The notes under the pieces were generated by a model, which saw only the letters and a program-made list of their open reading frames with translations, was not told where the DNA came from and did no database searches. The position numbers and the translations under genes are program-made. From Macrostomum lignano (taxonomy: Eukaryota), in NCBI GenBank assembly GCA_002269645.1, contig NIVC01000105.1, positions 659,992-723,991 on the forward strand: 64,000 nt of DNA. The letters are read 5' to 3'. Shown piece by piece: positions 11,927 through 25,033 of the stretch. Positions within the stretch are counted from its first letter, which is position 1. The number at the start of each line of letters is the position of its first letter.

Positions 11927-14900
11927 TCAAGTCATTGGCATGAGAAAATCTGCGTAGCCCTGGAAAGCAGAACCACTCTCCAACCGCAGATTTTTTGTCA
12001 GCTGGTGCCTTCGGAAGTGCGGCCAAACAGGCCTTGATGGTTTGGGATGCGTTTCTCCGGGCACCACAGCCAGCTGGCGAAAGTCGCCAGCCAGCACCAG
12101 CAGCGCTCCTCCGAACGGCCGGTCGTTGCGCAGCAGATCCCGCAGAGACCGCTCGACCATCTCCAGTTCCTTGCGATGCGTCATCGGCGCTTCGTCCGAA
12201 ACAATGAGCTGCGTATCCCGCAGCATCTCAGCTAGCTTGCTCCGTCGGCCGATGGAACAGAAGGAATTGTCGAGACGCACCGCGCTGACGGGGATCTTGG
12301 ACCTTGGATCTTGAACCTGGGCAGGTTGAGACAGCATTTTATATGCAGAGAAAATACTCGTATTACAATTTGCAGAAGTACTGCGTGTACAAACATGTAA
12401 GCTTGTTTATATTGAAGTCATATCTTCAATGAAAAATACAGAAAATGGCTTATCCTGTAAAATATTTGATGTCATTAATCTAAGTTATTTTGACATTTTA
12501 ATTTCTTAGTAAACAGTTTAAAGACAACTCACATGGAGTGTGCGGTCCTTTCCCCGGGACGAATGGTTGCCGCAATTCGAAACGACGCCACGGCAACAGC
12601 GATCTGACGCCTTGCTCGAACGCACATTAGCAGCAACGTCAGCAAGAACGTCTTTCCTGTTCCGCCGGGGGCATCGATAAAATGCAGTCCACCTCCGCCG
12701 GTCTCCAGATTGGCCTGCACGGCCTCAAAAATGACTCGCTGCTCTTCAGTAAGCATGTCGATCTGGGCCTCGACTTCCGCGTGTAGCTCAGCGGCTTCTT
12801 GCGGTGTCGGCAGGCAGTCGGAATGCGGCGACTCTGAGAAAAAGGCCTTTCGGACTTGGAATGTCGCCATGTCGCTGCCCTTAGTTATGTACTTGACGAC
12901 ATACTTTATCGCCTTGTCTGTCGCGCAGATTTCGACGTTCAGGTGACACCTAAACTCGCGCAGCAGCGCAGGGCAGTACGGCACCACCCAGCGGTTGTCA
13001 AAGGTTAAATTCGCCTTGTGACCGTCACGCAACTTTGCCACCTTCTTCACCGATAAGCCGCCCATCTCGGTTTATCTGCGACGATAGTGCGGGTAGCCGT
13101 CCTCTTGAATCATCGTCACTGCCTGGAATTCTCTCGGATAGCGCTTGCTGCATGCGCCATTCTCCATGCATGACGCGGCTGGATTCAGCTGCATTCCACA
13201 GGGACCATGCAGGAGATTCTCAGCGACAAGCTTGTGCAGGTCCGCGTCGGCAACGGGGTCCGGGAGTTCTGCACTGATGATGGCGTCATACTGATCCGGC
13301 TTCAGCTTGACAGCCAACCAAAGCAGTGCGTCCACGTGGGGAAGACCTACGAGGGCACTACAAAAGTTTTTAGCTACATCTAAACAAGCAGCTATGAAAC
13401 TGAAATTTTCAGTATTCTCCACCTGCCTGGATGCAGAGCGTTATTCTCTCAAACCAGGTGACAAAGCAGTGGTGCCATTCAGAAGTGGACACCCCTTTCA
13501 CCATCTTGTCGAATGCATTAGCAGCCTCCTCTGCAGTCGAAAATCGCTGGACACGCAGCGAGTCCTTGACTTTAGGGAACAGGAAAAAGTCACACGGTGC
13601 CAGATCAGGCGAGTATGGCGGGTGACTGGTCAGCTGCAGTCCCCGAGCCTGCACAAACTGCCGTGTTGCCTGAGCCGTGTGAGCGCTCGCGTTGTCCTGA
13701 TGCAGTGTCAGGCCTCGGACACCTGACTTTGGACGCGTCCTGCTCAGGCTGTGGATGACCTGTGGCAAGCAGACACCGGTATACCAGGCCGCAGTCACCG
13801 TGCGCTGATCCAGCAGCCGCACAGTCGCCACGTGACCTGAGCGACGGAAAAAAGTTGCGACCGTTTGCTTGCCGGTGCTTCTGCCTTTCTCCACCTTCGT
13901 TGGCGGCACCTCGTCTGGAAACGCCCACACCTGCGACTGGCACTTACGCTCTGGCTCGTAGCACCCAAGTCTCGTCGCATGTTACGATGTCGGCGACCGC
14001 CTTCGACGCTCTATTGCTGTATTTCTGTAGCATCTGGAGGCACCAATCGACCCTGGCATGTTTCTGCTCAGGCCCCAGCAGATGGGGTACCCAGCGACTG
14101 GTCAGCTTGCGCAAGCCGATGTGGTCGTGAAGAATTTTGGCGATTGCCGGCGAATGGATGCCCAGAGATGCCTCGATCTCCTTGTAGGTTATCCGCCTGT
14201 CAGCTTCAACCAGCTGGCGGACACGAGCCACTGTTTCTAGTGTCGTGACAGTTAAAGGTCGGCCTGTACGCTCCTCATTTTCCAACGAGTCTCGGCCAGG
14301 ACGAAACTCACGGAACCAGTTGCTGACGGTCGCAAGCGATAGAGCAGCTTCTGCGAAAGCAGCTGACAGCCTTTCGTAGCATTGGTGGCTATCACCGATG
14401 CGATAATCATAAAAGATCATGACACGAAAGTGCTCGCGATTCAGTTCCATGAGCTCTGCTTGAAAGTGGGCAGAGGTGCTGAAGTTATCTGGCTCAAGTG
14501 GCGGAATGCTATAATATATTTATGTGAAATTTTATCTAACACGGTCAAATTTATTGTTCTGTAAGCCTGTAGAAGTAAAGCTGATAGGACAAACAGCAGA
14601 GGCGTGGCTAAAAAGTTTCGTAGTGCCCCTCGTATTTGGAGTGGGAGTTGGTTCATAAATGCAAAGTTTATTTATCCAGTTATAATCAGCAAATATAACT
14701 AATTATTATTTGTCTCCGGGAATAGCATTTTTATCAGTTTTATTAGTACAGATATTTACGCGTAATTATGCAATAAATATTGGCATGATACTAGTTACCT
14801 CACTTTTGGTACTCGAGAGCACAGACTCTAGCCAGCGTGTCCCCAAACAGACTCTTCAGCCTGTCGAGGAAGGCCTTCTTCAGCTCGAACAGCCGGGCGG

Positions 14901-17013
14901 TGATGTCCGGCCGATCCACGGCAGTTTGGCCAGGCAGCAGCTCAGCAAGGATCTCAGGCCACTTCGGGTTACATGTCATCGTCAGGAACAGATCTGGGCG
15001 GCCGAAGGCGTGCACATACGCCATGGCATCCTGCTGACGTTCCAGACGGTACCGAGGGCCACCGATGTAGCTAGACGTCAGGATGACGTGGTTCCCGATG
15101 TCGATCCCCATCGGGTCGATCTCGCTCGGGTCCCTGTCATTCGCGTGGAGGGCGTCTCGCAATCCGCGCAGGCGCTCTGACAGCAGATCTTTCTGGTGCA
15201 GCCGGATGTAGCTCGTAGTTGAGCCTCTCCAACTCAATCTTGGCAGCCGGGTCGACCAGATACTGCTGGAACAGCCGGCCTCCATAGTGCAGGCTGTTAA
15301 ACTGGCCTGGGCGCACCTAGATCATGAAGGCGTAATACTTCATGATAGTGATGCCACGATCCTGCTTGAGTCCGATGCTCCAGCCGTCCTCACCACATGG
15401 AAACAGCAGGACGTACTCCAAGGGATCGTAGGAGCGGTGGGTGTCACAGATGCTCTGGAGGCCTGCGAATCAAAAATGATCGATAAGCGAATTCGTCTTT
15501 TCCAAATGCAAATACATCAATTACTACATCAATTAAACTGAATAACTGAACATGCGAATTCACACAAAAGCAAGGGATAATAAATTGCTTCAATATTCAA
15601 AGGATACATGTGGCATTAGTGATATATAATTGTGCATCTCATTGTCAAAAAAAGCCGAAAAGTCAGTCTTTTTTGGAAATGATTTAAACGCTTTTATTAA
15701 GAAATAAAAATAAGTTCAACATAAATTTCAGGACGTAGAACTCACCACCGCCCCTCAGACGCAAAATCACGTCCCGTCGTCGCGTCTGGGCTGCGCCTTC
15801 GGTATCTTCAAGGTCCGTCAGGATGCCGACTTCACTGCACTCGGGCAATTGAAGCGCCTGGCATGCTCCCCAGATAGACGGGCATCCGGGTTTATGACGA
15901 CCTTGGCACTTTGCAGCTGAACTGCGAGCTGTCTGGGTGCTGGCCAGTCAGAAGCCTCTTCAGGACATCAGTGGATCACGGCGGGGCTCCATCACGGTCT
16001 GAGTTGAATTTAAGTAAAATATTTATCAATTTAAGGCAGTGGCTTTCTATTAGCATTTAGTGTATCGCCTTTAGTATCTTAGATATCAAAGAAATATTGG
16101 ATTTCTTAGTAGCTTTATGTGCAGTCGGGCTGCAGCAAATCAGACAATTGGTCTTATACAGTAAAATTGATTTTATAATTTTAAAATTAATTATAAACCA
16201 CTACTCCAGTGTAATCAGCGCACAAAACTTAGTGGTCCCGTAGGTTTTCAAAGACTGAAATTTTTTCGCCGGAGCGATTTCGTCGAATTCAAAGTTGGAT
16301 AACGCGAGTCGAATCACAAAGTTCACTAGACTTCTTGGCCAAGTCTCGAAAATATAAAATTATGAAATCGGCCGGAAATCGGCTCAATCAACTGAAAATA
16401 CAATCCTCGGACTATAATTCAAATTTCGGGGTCGCCGGTCTCAATGCAAGCTGGAAAATAGGAGTAATAAATTGTGAATTTTACCAGGGATCTGAATATA
16501 CCCCCCTCGTGGTGGGTAAACTGATGCGGGGTAAAACCGTTCTCGGCTTAGGAACACAAAGATTGGAATAAAAAGGCATCAATGAGGCACCAATTTAAGT
16601 ATTCTAAATAAAAAATGTCGACTCACCTTTCCAACACGGCAGCAAATGCTAGCTGGCTTGTCCTTCCAGCGTAGCGCGCTGCAGTGCGGACATTGGTGGC
16701 CCATGCGACCGAGCTGGTGTGCCAGCTCCAGCAGCCTGTGGCAATGAAAGAAAGAGCATTTTAATAATGACTCCTTGAAAATCCAGATCTACATGCTGAA
16801 GGTTTAATAGTCTCAAAGAAGAATGAGCAGCCGCACAAAAGAATAGCAGTATAAAATATAAGAACCACTACCAATCTCGGCGCCTGTGCGTGAAGACGGT
16901 ATTCGCGGTCGTCAGGGGACTCGGCCGCGCGATACCGACTCTGGTGCTGCCGCTGCGTCTCCAGGTGAACCGCCTCGTCTTCTTTCTTTTATATTTCCGC
17001 GTTTCGGCGGCAT
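11927..17013 (-). mobile_element. Helitron Rep/Pif1-helicase gene, multi-exon, decayed and internally deleted
   Basis: Exons: MPPKRG (17013); GRMGHQCPHC..ICCRVGK (16737-16628); GEHARRFN..RDVILR (about 16000-15757); SYDPLEYVLLFP.GEDGW; RLFQQYLVD; ILTSSYIGGPRY..QDAM..GRPDLFLTMTCNPKW..DRPD; EYQK*G|LPH (HUH motif); YVVKYITKG; APGGTGKT; DEAPM; GDFRQ. The segment between Rep and helicase is deleted. Confidence 0.92.
13348..14634 (-). mobile_element. mariner (DD34D) transposon, defective, with TA TSD
   Basis: Imperfect TIRs at 13350 (cgagggcactacaaaagtttttag) and ending at 14632. TA at 13348-9 and 14633-4. Motifs WVPHLL, CDETW, HQDNASAH and YSPDLAPCD (D34D). Frameshift near 13940. Confidence 0.95.
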
Positions 17014-18346
17014 ATTGATTATTAAAACGCTAGTAGGTAATAAGCAAACAGAAAAATAAACAAGAATAAGCAAATAGCAATATCGCCAGATTTGAGAGAA
17101 AGCATCTAAAAAGGAATTGAAAATTCGCCTCTTAAGTAAGGGCCCAGTGTACATGAGCTTTCGTGAATAGAAATCAATAAAATGAACTTAAAGCCCACCA
17201 GTCTGTCCACCGCCCAGCCAATGCAAGGGACTGACTGAATAAGGGTGCCGAAATCTGTAGCCTCTGTTTACACTGTACAATTGTTATGTACACTGAGCCC
17301 AAACCCAACCCTCCCCCCATTCCGGAGAATCATTAAATTTAATTCAACCCCTAACAAGCAGGAGGATTTTATATGCATTGAACGCAAAACACGCGCACCC
17401 CCCTCAATACACAGCAATTCGCGGGCGAAGGTTAGGGTGGCTTTTTTTACAAACAGACCGTCAACCATGTACTGGAAAGACAGAAGGGCCAAAGAAGGTT
17501 AAGAAATCAGATTTCTGCTTTTTAGGGATGTTAAACTGTGAAAATTACAAATTAAAATAGCCTAAAGCCCAATCCAGAAAATTTGCAGTTTTCCCATATA
17601 AGTTGCGACGCTGACTTGCCATTAGTGTAGGAGTTCACTTGCGATACACATCACTTGCGGTTCATCTTGTGATACACAATAGAAGCCTGTTTCAGCACTT
17701 CAGAGGAATATGGATATGAGTAGAAAGAGCGAAGAAACTTTAAAATGAGGCCAGACAATCTATTTACTAACAAATTTAACAAGGACAGGAACACCACTTA
17801 GATGTCGAAAATTATAAGTTGGCTTCAGGATGCCAAAATAGCATTGATGTTAGATTAAGAAACTGGTTCAAGACATGTTGAAATGTAAAACGCGTAACAA
17901 CAGTTATCCGTTTTTCATAACCTGAGTAATTGTCTAAATCAAAGTTTGAGAATTTACTTTAAGTACCATAACGAAGAACGAATTCTTTTAAGTGCAGCAA
18001 AGCATAGAAATTAGATGATAGAGTTGTTTGACCATATAATGGTTCCATACTTTTGACAAATAATTTATAGCATCACTTGGCAAGTAGTATAGCCTTAATG
18101 GTCTTAAAAAGTGATTTTAGTGATTTAAGACTTCGATGGAGTACTTTTTCACAGAGAGGATTTTGATGGATTTAGAGGATTAGGATAATGGGATTCGGGG
18201 CATGGGATTCAGCTGATAGATTTCAGGGAGTGAAATTCCGGTGATGGGAGTTCTTCCCCTTTCTCCTCAGGGTTGCTGTTAAATGTATAAATCGATCGCA
18301 CAGAGTCTACAATGATTTGAGGCTTTTTCGGTTACATGCAACGCAT

Positions 18347-18627
<281 letters not shown>

Positions 18628-19257
18628 CTTCGCTCTCTACATTGGATTTGGAGGCAAACTTTTACAGAGGGTTCGTTCTTAACCCAAAATATTGCTGAAA
18701 TGGTAAAAGTCGAAATATTTTTTCGTAGCATTTTGAGTCTCGATTGGGTCTGCAAAGGTAAAAGTACAAATATATTGTTTAGTATTTCAAACTCCTGCTG
18801 GTGGTCAGATGCTGGTATAGAAGCCCAATCTAGTAAAGAGTTGTTCTGAGTAATAAATAGACAGTTAAAGCTCTGCAGTTAAAGTGGATTTTTATGGTGA
18901 AGACTCCGCGCTAACAATTGTGATTGAGAGAATGTAATATTAAATCGTTAAAAATCTCTCTTGTGCTAAAAATAGCCGAGTGCTGGAGGCTTGCTTCGCA
19001 GAAAAGCACGCGGCGTGGGTATGGAGCTCGTGCATAAGTAGAGAGACTTTCCTTTTTACGCATAGCCAGTTTGCCCGAGGTCGTGGGGGAGAGAGATTTT
19101 CTTACCATGACAACTACTGGGGTCTTACTTGAATGGGCCTTGCGCATCCATTAGCTTAAATTGACCCATCAAAATGTTCCCCGCCAGAAAAATAGCAACC
19201 ATCCGCGCCAAAACTGTCCATCCTTTTGCGACTATAAACACCACCGCAATCACCAAG

Positions 19258-19490
19258 GCCGCTGCCGCCACCACGAAGGCCGCTGCCGCCACCGCAAAGG
19301 CCGCTGCCGCCACCGTAAAAGCCGCTGCCGCCACTGCGAAGGCCTTTGTCGGCATCGCCACTGCGAAGGCCTTTGTCGGCATCGCCACTGCGAAGGCCGT
19401 TGCCGGCATCGCGACTCCAAAGGCCTTGGACGTCAACGCCATCGCAAAGGCCGCTGCTGCCACAAAAAAGGCCGCCGCCGGAACCACGAA
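19258..19490. repeat. 21-bp and 27-bp in-frame tandem repeats
   Basis: gccgctgccgccacc...aag x4, then gcctttgtcggcatcgccactgcgaag x3. Confidence 0.85.
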
Positions 19491-20299
19491 GGCAGGGTAC
19501 CACGCCGGTAGGGTGTATTCGCGTGTTGTTTAGGCAACGGCGGGAGGTTTAAGCTATAAAATCTGGGACTCAGCCCCCTAGTTGTACACGAATTTAGTTA
19601 GTTCTAGTAAGGTTGCTAAGTGTACGGTTTAGAGATTATTCGGGGTTTCGCAAATCTATGCGTTGAGTTGGATAGATTTTGGGATAGAAAGATTTCAGAA
19701 AAAGAGCTTAGTTTTCCTTCTCTTAACTTTGTCCAAGGATGATTGTACAGTCCTCTCCCTCTCTCGGTTGTCAAGCTTGTCAAGGTTGATCTCGCCTTCT
19801 TGGGCAGCTTTAGGTTGGATAGAAGTCCGTGGGCGGGCCGTGCGATTCATCTCCAAAGTTCGCCAGGTTCTGACGCGTGCTACGGGGCTACGGGCCGATT
19901 GCTCTTTTTAACGTGATTGCTGTTTAAGTAGGGCCTCTCCTCGGTTTGCTTCTCCCAGCTGGTTTGAGCGCCATTGTGTCTGCAGCGGGGTGTTGCTACT
20001 CACTGGAATGAAAATAGGCTTTATTGGATTGTGTCATTCATATCTGACTTAACAGTTAAATAATTGTCTTAATGCTGCTTCTGTTTGCCTTTGTAATAGC
20101 TATCTAAGGGTTCCATTGTGCTCTTCTGCCTCGCCCTTCACTGCACCTGGGCATTTCATAAATTGCTACCCATCTTCTGGCTTAGGGTCAAAACTTCAGA
20201 TTTCTAACTCTTATATATAATTAAGTCCAATTTTTGTCACTGCTTTGTGGTGTCACTGTGATTCTTTGTGTACATAGGTTACCCGGACTGCACTTTATG

Positions 20300-22335
20300 A
20301 GCTTAAGTTGACAGGCTCCTTGCACTCCGGTGAGCCGCGCTCTGATACTGCGGATGCTGCAGCTGCTAACAGTGGCGGGAAAGGCAACCGGCGAGGCAAA
20401 CCGAGTCGTCACCGGCGCATCCAGCGGCGGCGCGAGTGCAACAGACGAGGGCGGCTGCAAGTTCGACATCGCAAGTCTGCACGTCTGCTAGACCCGGCCC
20501 TAACCCAATCGGTTTTGCTGGGTGGCGCTGGAGACATTGAGGCCCAACAAGTCCGGGCCTCAGCTGTACCAGGAAGTGTGTTTAGAATAGCAAATTTCAA
20601 CTGTCCCACTCTCAAATCTGCTTGGAGGAGGGGAATGCTGGCGCAGCTGACATCTGATTTGCAGCTGAACATTGTAATGCTGCAAGTGTCAGTTGTGACG
20701 CAAGACGGCCTCAACGTGAGTACCTCTGACGGCTGGACCCTGTTTTCACCTCTGCGTAAAGTCGAGGACGTAGAGGAGTCGGCGCTCTAGTCGGACCTCG
20801 GATGCAGTAGAGTGTTTTCTGTGTCGCTGTGTCACCTCGGCTGCTGCGTGTGGATGTGAGGCTGCAAGGCCGTAACGCCCGGCCTTTCTGCTCGTATGCA
20901 CCGACAGCTGCCCATCAGCTGGAGGCTCAGGAGTTCTTTGATTTCCTGTCGGGGCAGCTTGAGTCGGTCGCAATGCGTGACACCCTGGTGGTGCATGGTG
21001 ATTTAAATGTTGTCGCGGCGAGATCCCAGCGCTCCCCCTTTTTATCCCCGCTTCAGAATGGCAAATCTACTGCGCTTACGGAACTTATGATCTGGTGTCG
21101 GCCGATACGCGTCTTCGCAAGCCAGCTTTTAGATTGGCAACCTTTGCCGACTGTGCCGACCTTTACCGACTTACGCCAAGGAAGCGTAACGCCACCCCTA
21201 ATGCAACCTACAGTCCGTAGTCTCTCGGTGTGGGCGAATGACGGCGCTGCCGTCGCAGTAAAATTTCAGCACAGCCCGTGACCAACAACGAATTAGTGCA
21301 GCTCGCTCGCCAGGCGCCGAGAGGCGCTGCGAGTCACGGCTCGCCACTGATGTGGCCCACGTAATAAACGATGTCCTTTCTGGAGGTGCCGCCCCCCCGT
21401 GAGTGGACAACCGCGCACATCGTCGCGATCCCAAAGAAGCCAGGCAGGACACGAAAGGAGGAGCACAGGGAGATCTCGCTTATGTCCTGCACCGCCAAGC
21501 TGTTCAACCGCGTGCTGTTAGCTCGATTGCAGCCTGTGCTGGACCAGTTTCTGCGCCCTGAGTAGAACGGGTTCCGCTCACATCGCGGTACAGTGACGCA
21601 GATTCTACCCCTCCGCTGCATCATTGAGGAAGCGCGCATCTATTAGTCAAGTCTCGTGATGGTCTTCATTTACTTTCTCAAGGCTTTTAACTCGTAAGTT
21701 CGTGGTGCGCTGCCTCGTGGTTCGCGCATACAATGTACCGGAGCAAATGATTTCCGCCATCATGGCGATGCACCAGAATACGACCACTTCGGTGATGACG
21801 CCAGATGGACTGTCGGATCAAATTAGCACGTCGTCCGGAAAAGCGGCTCTCCGTTCTCGGCTACGCGGACGACCTCGTGCTTCTGTCTGGCGGTAGCCTG
21901 GCGGTAGCAGCATCGCGAGTCGACCTCATGCTGAACGCGCGGAAGCCGATAGTCTTCACGGTGCCCTGCGACCTGCCTGCCGAGATCAACTACTGAGACG
22001 CTGCCTGGGAGGCAATCGTTGCCAGCGGTTCCTGTACCTTGGTGGCCTCGTGCCGTACGTTGCCGACGACCTGCTGAGGCGACGAGAGACTGGCGTAGAC
22101 GGCGTTTTGTTCTGTGCGCTCCGTGCTCCATTTTGAGGCCCTGGATGACAAGCAGTCGTTGAGACTGTTTTTTTTGTACAACGCCGAGACCTGGACCCTG
22201 ACGGACGCTTTAGAGAGGCAGCTGGACGCTGTGCATGCGGCCATGCTGCAGGCGGCATTCGGAGTGCGCAGCGGTCTAGGCAGCGAGACCAACGCCGCGC
22301 TGTACACAAGGGCACGCCTGATGCGGTCTTCTGTT
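20300..22335 (+). mobile_element. Decayed RTE-type LINE (APE endonuclease plus RT remnants)
   Basis: IANFNC.TL..NIVMLQ; VHGDLN; IVAIPKK..REISLMSCTAKLFNRVL..RL; GYADDL; YNAETWTLT. Many stops and deletions. The 3' part is homologous to 2712-3100. Confidence 0.85.
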
Positions 22336-22457
22336 GAGATGTCCAAACTAGTGAATGAAGACGCTGTCGTTTTCAAAGGTGGGACGATGGTTTATATTGG
22401 CTTATTATCTTTTATGGCTTAAATTAAATTTTTAAAAACTAAGAAGCTACTGTAACT

Positions 22458-22568
22458 CGCTCATTCTCTCGCTCATTCTCACGCTCATTCTCTTGCTCAT
22501 TCTCACGCTCATTCTCTCGCTCATTCTCACGCTCATTCTCTCGCTCATTCTCACGCTCATTCTCTCGC
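22458..22568. repeat. 12-bp minisatellite (cgctcattctcW), about 9 copies
   Basis: Direct reading; it abuts the truncation point of the LINE ORF2. Confidence 0.95.
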
Positions 22569-23431
22569 TAATTCATGCAACCTGTCAGCGTCTCAGCCAT
22601 ATGATCCACATCCTCGCAGGTCTCAATCGGACGTAAGTCCGTGAGTTCCTGCAGGTGCAGATCAAGGGCAGCCTTGTAGGCCGCCCAATCAGTGTTGCGG
22701 ATATTGCGCCTCCAAGTGATCGGAGACTGGGTTTTAGTGTCCGCGATGTTAAAGTCGATAAAGCAGTGGTCAGACAGGGAGGGCTCCTCAGACCAGACTC
22801 TCCACTCCTCAACTCTGTCAAAGAGTCTTGGGGTAACGAGTGTGGCGTCGAGGACCTCGGTCCATCTGCCATTATTAAAGGTAGGAGTGCTGCCGCGGTT
22901 GCAGAGCATGAGGTTTGTGTTAGAGATGAGGGCCAGAAGCTCCTCTCCTCTAGTGTTGGTATCTTTGCTGCCCCAGTGCTTGTGGTGCGCGTTGAGGTCG
23001 CCCCCTAAGCACAGCTCAGCGTTCTGGGACTCGCAGTACTGCGCGAGGCGCAGTAAACTCTCAGGAGCAGGGTCTCTGTCGCCTGGGATATAAACCGAGG
23101 CAACAAGACACGTACGCGGAGAGAAATGATTAGATTGGATGACACAAAGGTCTCCATCAGAGAGATCAGTCCTCAGCCAAGCCTGGAGATGGCTAGCAGC
23201 GAGGATAGCCGCTCTAGGGCGGCTGTTCCCCGGGCCACACACATAAAAATCAGAGTAGCCAGAGGGAATGTTGGGCAACTTACCGTTGCGCATCCAGGGT
23301 TCCTGGATCAGGATGAGGCCTGGCCTGTACAGCTCAGCAATCTTCATCAGATTTACTGACGCAGATACGCAATGCTGTAAATTAATTTGCAAACAGAATG
23401 TCGCTCCTTTGGCAGCGTGGAGCTTAGTCAT
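22568..23431 (-). CDS. LINE ORF2 N-terminus: APE endonuclease, truncated before RT
   Basis: QINLQH..LIQEPW; GGDLNAHH..WGS..TN.RGE; TF.....VLDATL; SDH. Confidence 0.9.
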   Translation of the reverse strand: MTKLHAAKGATFCLQINLQHCVSASVNLMKIAELYRPGLILIQEPWMRNGKLPNIPSGYSDFYVCGPGNSRPRAAILAASHLQAWLRTDLSDGDLCVIQSNHFSPRTCLVASVYIPGDRDPAPESLLRLAQYCESQNAELCLGGDLNAHHKHWGSKDTNTRGEELLALISNTNLMLCNRGSTPTFNNGRWTEVLDATLVTPRLFDRVEEWRVWSEEPSLSDHCFIDFNIADTKTQSPITWRRNIRNTDWAAYKAALDLHLQELTDLRPIETCEDVDHMAETLTGCMN

Positions 23432-23773
23432 ACTGTATTAAATGCAATTTCTGGCTAGAGCCCAGGGCCATCAAGGAGACTTGGACAACAGATCGTCCTC
23501 GTCCCAGGCCGCTGGGGCTTGACTGGGAGATGGGAGTTGGTCGACGTCCATGGCCTCCTCACCCCCACCGCCCCCCCCCCAGCAGAGTCCTCAGGCTCCG
23601 ATGACAGGATGGAGGAAGCTTCCTCACCTGCATCTTTACCTTCAGACCCCACCAGGGTGGCCGAGGAGAGCTCGGATTCCGAAGACCCGGCCTCGTCCTC
23701 AACTCCTTCTCCGACTGGCAGGTTTGGTTCCCGGGGCTTGGCCGGAGCCGTTACCGCGGTCGCCGAACTGCTG

Positions 23774-25033
23774 CTAGCAAAGGGGGCGAGATGCAGCTTT
23801 GGCTTTGGGATCGGCTTGCGCCTTTCCTTGGGCCTTAGACTGCGCCCCACTCTTGCCGGAGATGCCGGGGTTGGCAGTAGCCTTCCCTTTGGCAGACTTT
23901 CCTCGGCGCATCTTGAGCTTGAGGGCACCCAGCTGGAAAGAGGATCCATTAGGGTACCGACTCGCCCAAGTGCTGGAAAGGCCGAGGACAATTGAGTTGC
24001 CCATCTCCCCCCTGCGGACTTGGCGGTGATACACCAGTCCACTAGCAGGGAGGTCGGGGTTCAGACGCAGTAGGACCCGGCGAATAACGTCTGGTCCAGC
24101 TGCGGTGCTCTTAGCAGGGACGAAAACCACATAGGGTATCGTCTTTGGACGCTGGCCCTCGCGAAGAAAAAGAGCTCCGCCAAGGTCAGCATCCAAGGAG
24201 ACCGTCGGTAGCCGCTGGAGCAGCTGCCGAGCGTTCTCCTCGCTGCTAGGAGCAATAAGAACGAATGTGCTTCGCAGCACCATCCGCTCAATGCCGATGG
24301 AGATTCCCTCCTCGACAGTCAGCTCAATCAGATAGGAGTCAACAGCACTCCACACTTTTTGAAGCCTATCAGTGGTCCAGTCCTGGTCGCGACCTTGGAT
24401 GATCACTCCCGGGATTTTGGCCTTGGCCTTCGCCGCAAAGGTAGCTCCCGAAGGAACCTCCTTGTTGGCAGCGGCCATTTGTTGCGCCGTGGTTTCGGCC
24501 TCAGCAGCCGCGGCAGCAGCTCCAGGGAGCGCCGCCGCTGAACTACTGGAGCTTCCACCGGCCGGCCCGCCTGGTTGCCTTGGGACTCCAGTCGCTTCAG
24601 CATCCATGGTGGACGCCGCCGCTTTGGCCCCCGCAGCTCCCTTCTTGGCCTGCCTTTTGGCGCGTTGTTTAGCGCGTTTGCGCTCAAGCCGAGCCCGCTG
24701 AGCTTCATCGGATCTGCCAGATTTGGCCGGTCCTTTAGGCTCAGAGCTCGCGGTTCCCTTAGATCCATTAGAGCTGGCAGGTCTTTGGGTATTTTGAGTT
24801 TGGTAGCTCTGGTCGGATCCGCCAGCAGAGCCAGCCGGTCCTTCCTTTGCCACAGTTGAATCAGTCTGTTGGGATCTGCCAGCAGGGCCGGTCGGTCCTT
24901 CGGACTGAGGTTGGGGTTTAGAAGGGTCCCCGTCCCTAGAGTTAGCTTGATTATCCATAGACGGCTCGAAGGCCATGATAGAAGGTTGGTGGGCTACCCT
25001 CAAAGGGGCGCGGTACCCACCCGGCCGCTCCAC
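23774..25033 (-). CDS. LINE ORF1 (gag-like), probably continuing to 23455 in another frame
   Basis: 419-aa ORF directly upstream of the APE ORF. Basic/Ala-rich N-terminus, then a globular region ending LKLKMRR, as in I/R1-group ORF1. Confidence 0.7.
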   Translation of the reverse strand: MERPGGYRAPLRVAHQPSIMAFEPSMDNQANSRDGDPSKPQPQSEGPTGPAGRSQQTDSTVAKEGPAGSAGGSDQSYQTQNTQRPASSNGSKGTASSEPKGPAKSGRSDEAQRARLERKRAKQRAKRQAKKGAAGAKAAASTMDAEATGVPRQPGGPAGGSSSSSAAALPGAAAAAAEAETTAQQMAAANKEVPSGATFAAKAKAKIPGVIIQGRDQDWTTDRLQKVWSAVDSYLIELTVEEGISIGIERMVLRSTFVLIAPSSEENARQLLQRLPTVSLDADLGGALFLREGQRPKTIPYVVFVPAKSTAAGPDVIRRVLLRLNPDLPASGLVYHRQVRRGEMGNSIVLGLSSTWASRYPNGSSFQLGALKLKMRRGKSAKGKATANPGISGKSGAQSKAQGKAQADPKAKAASRPLC

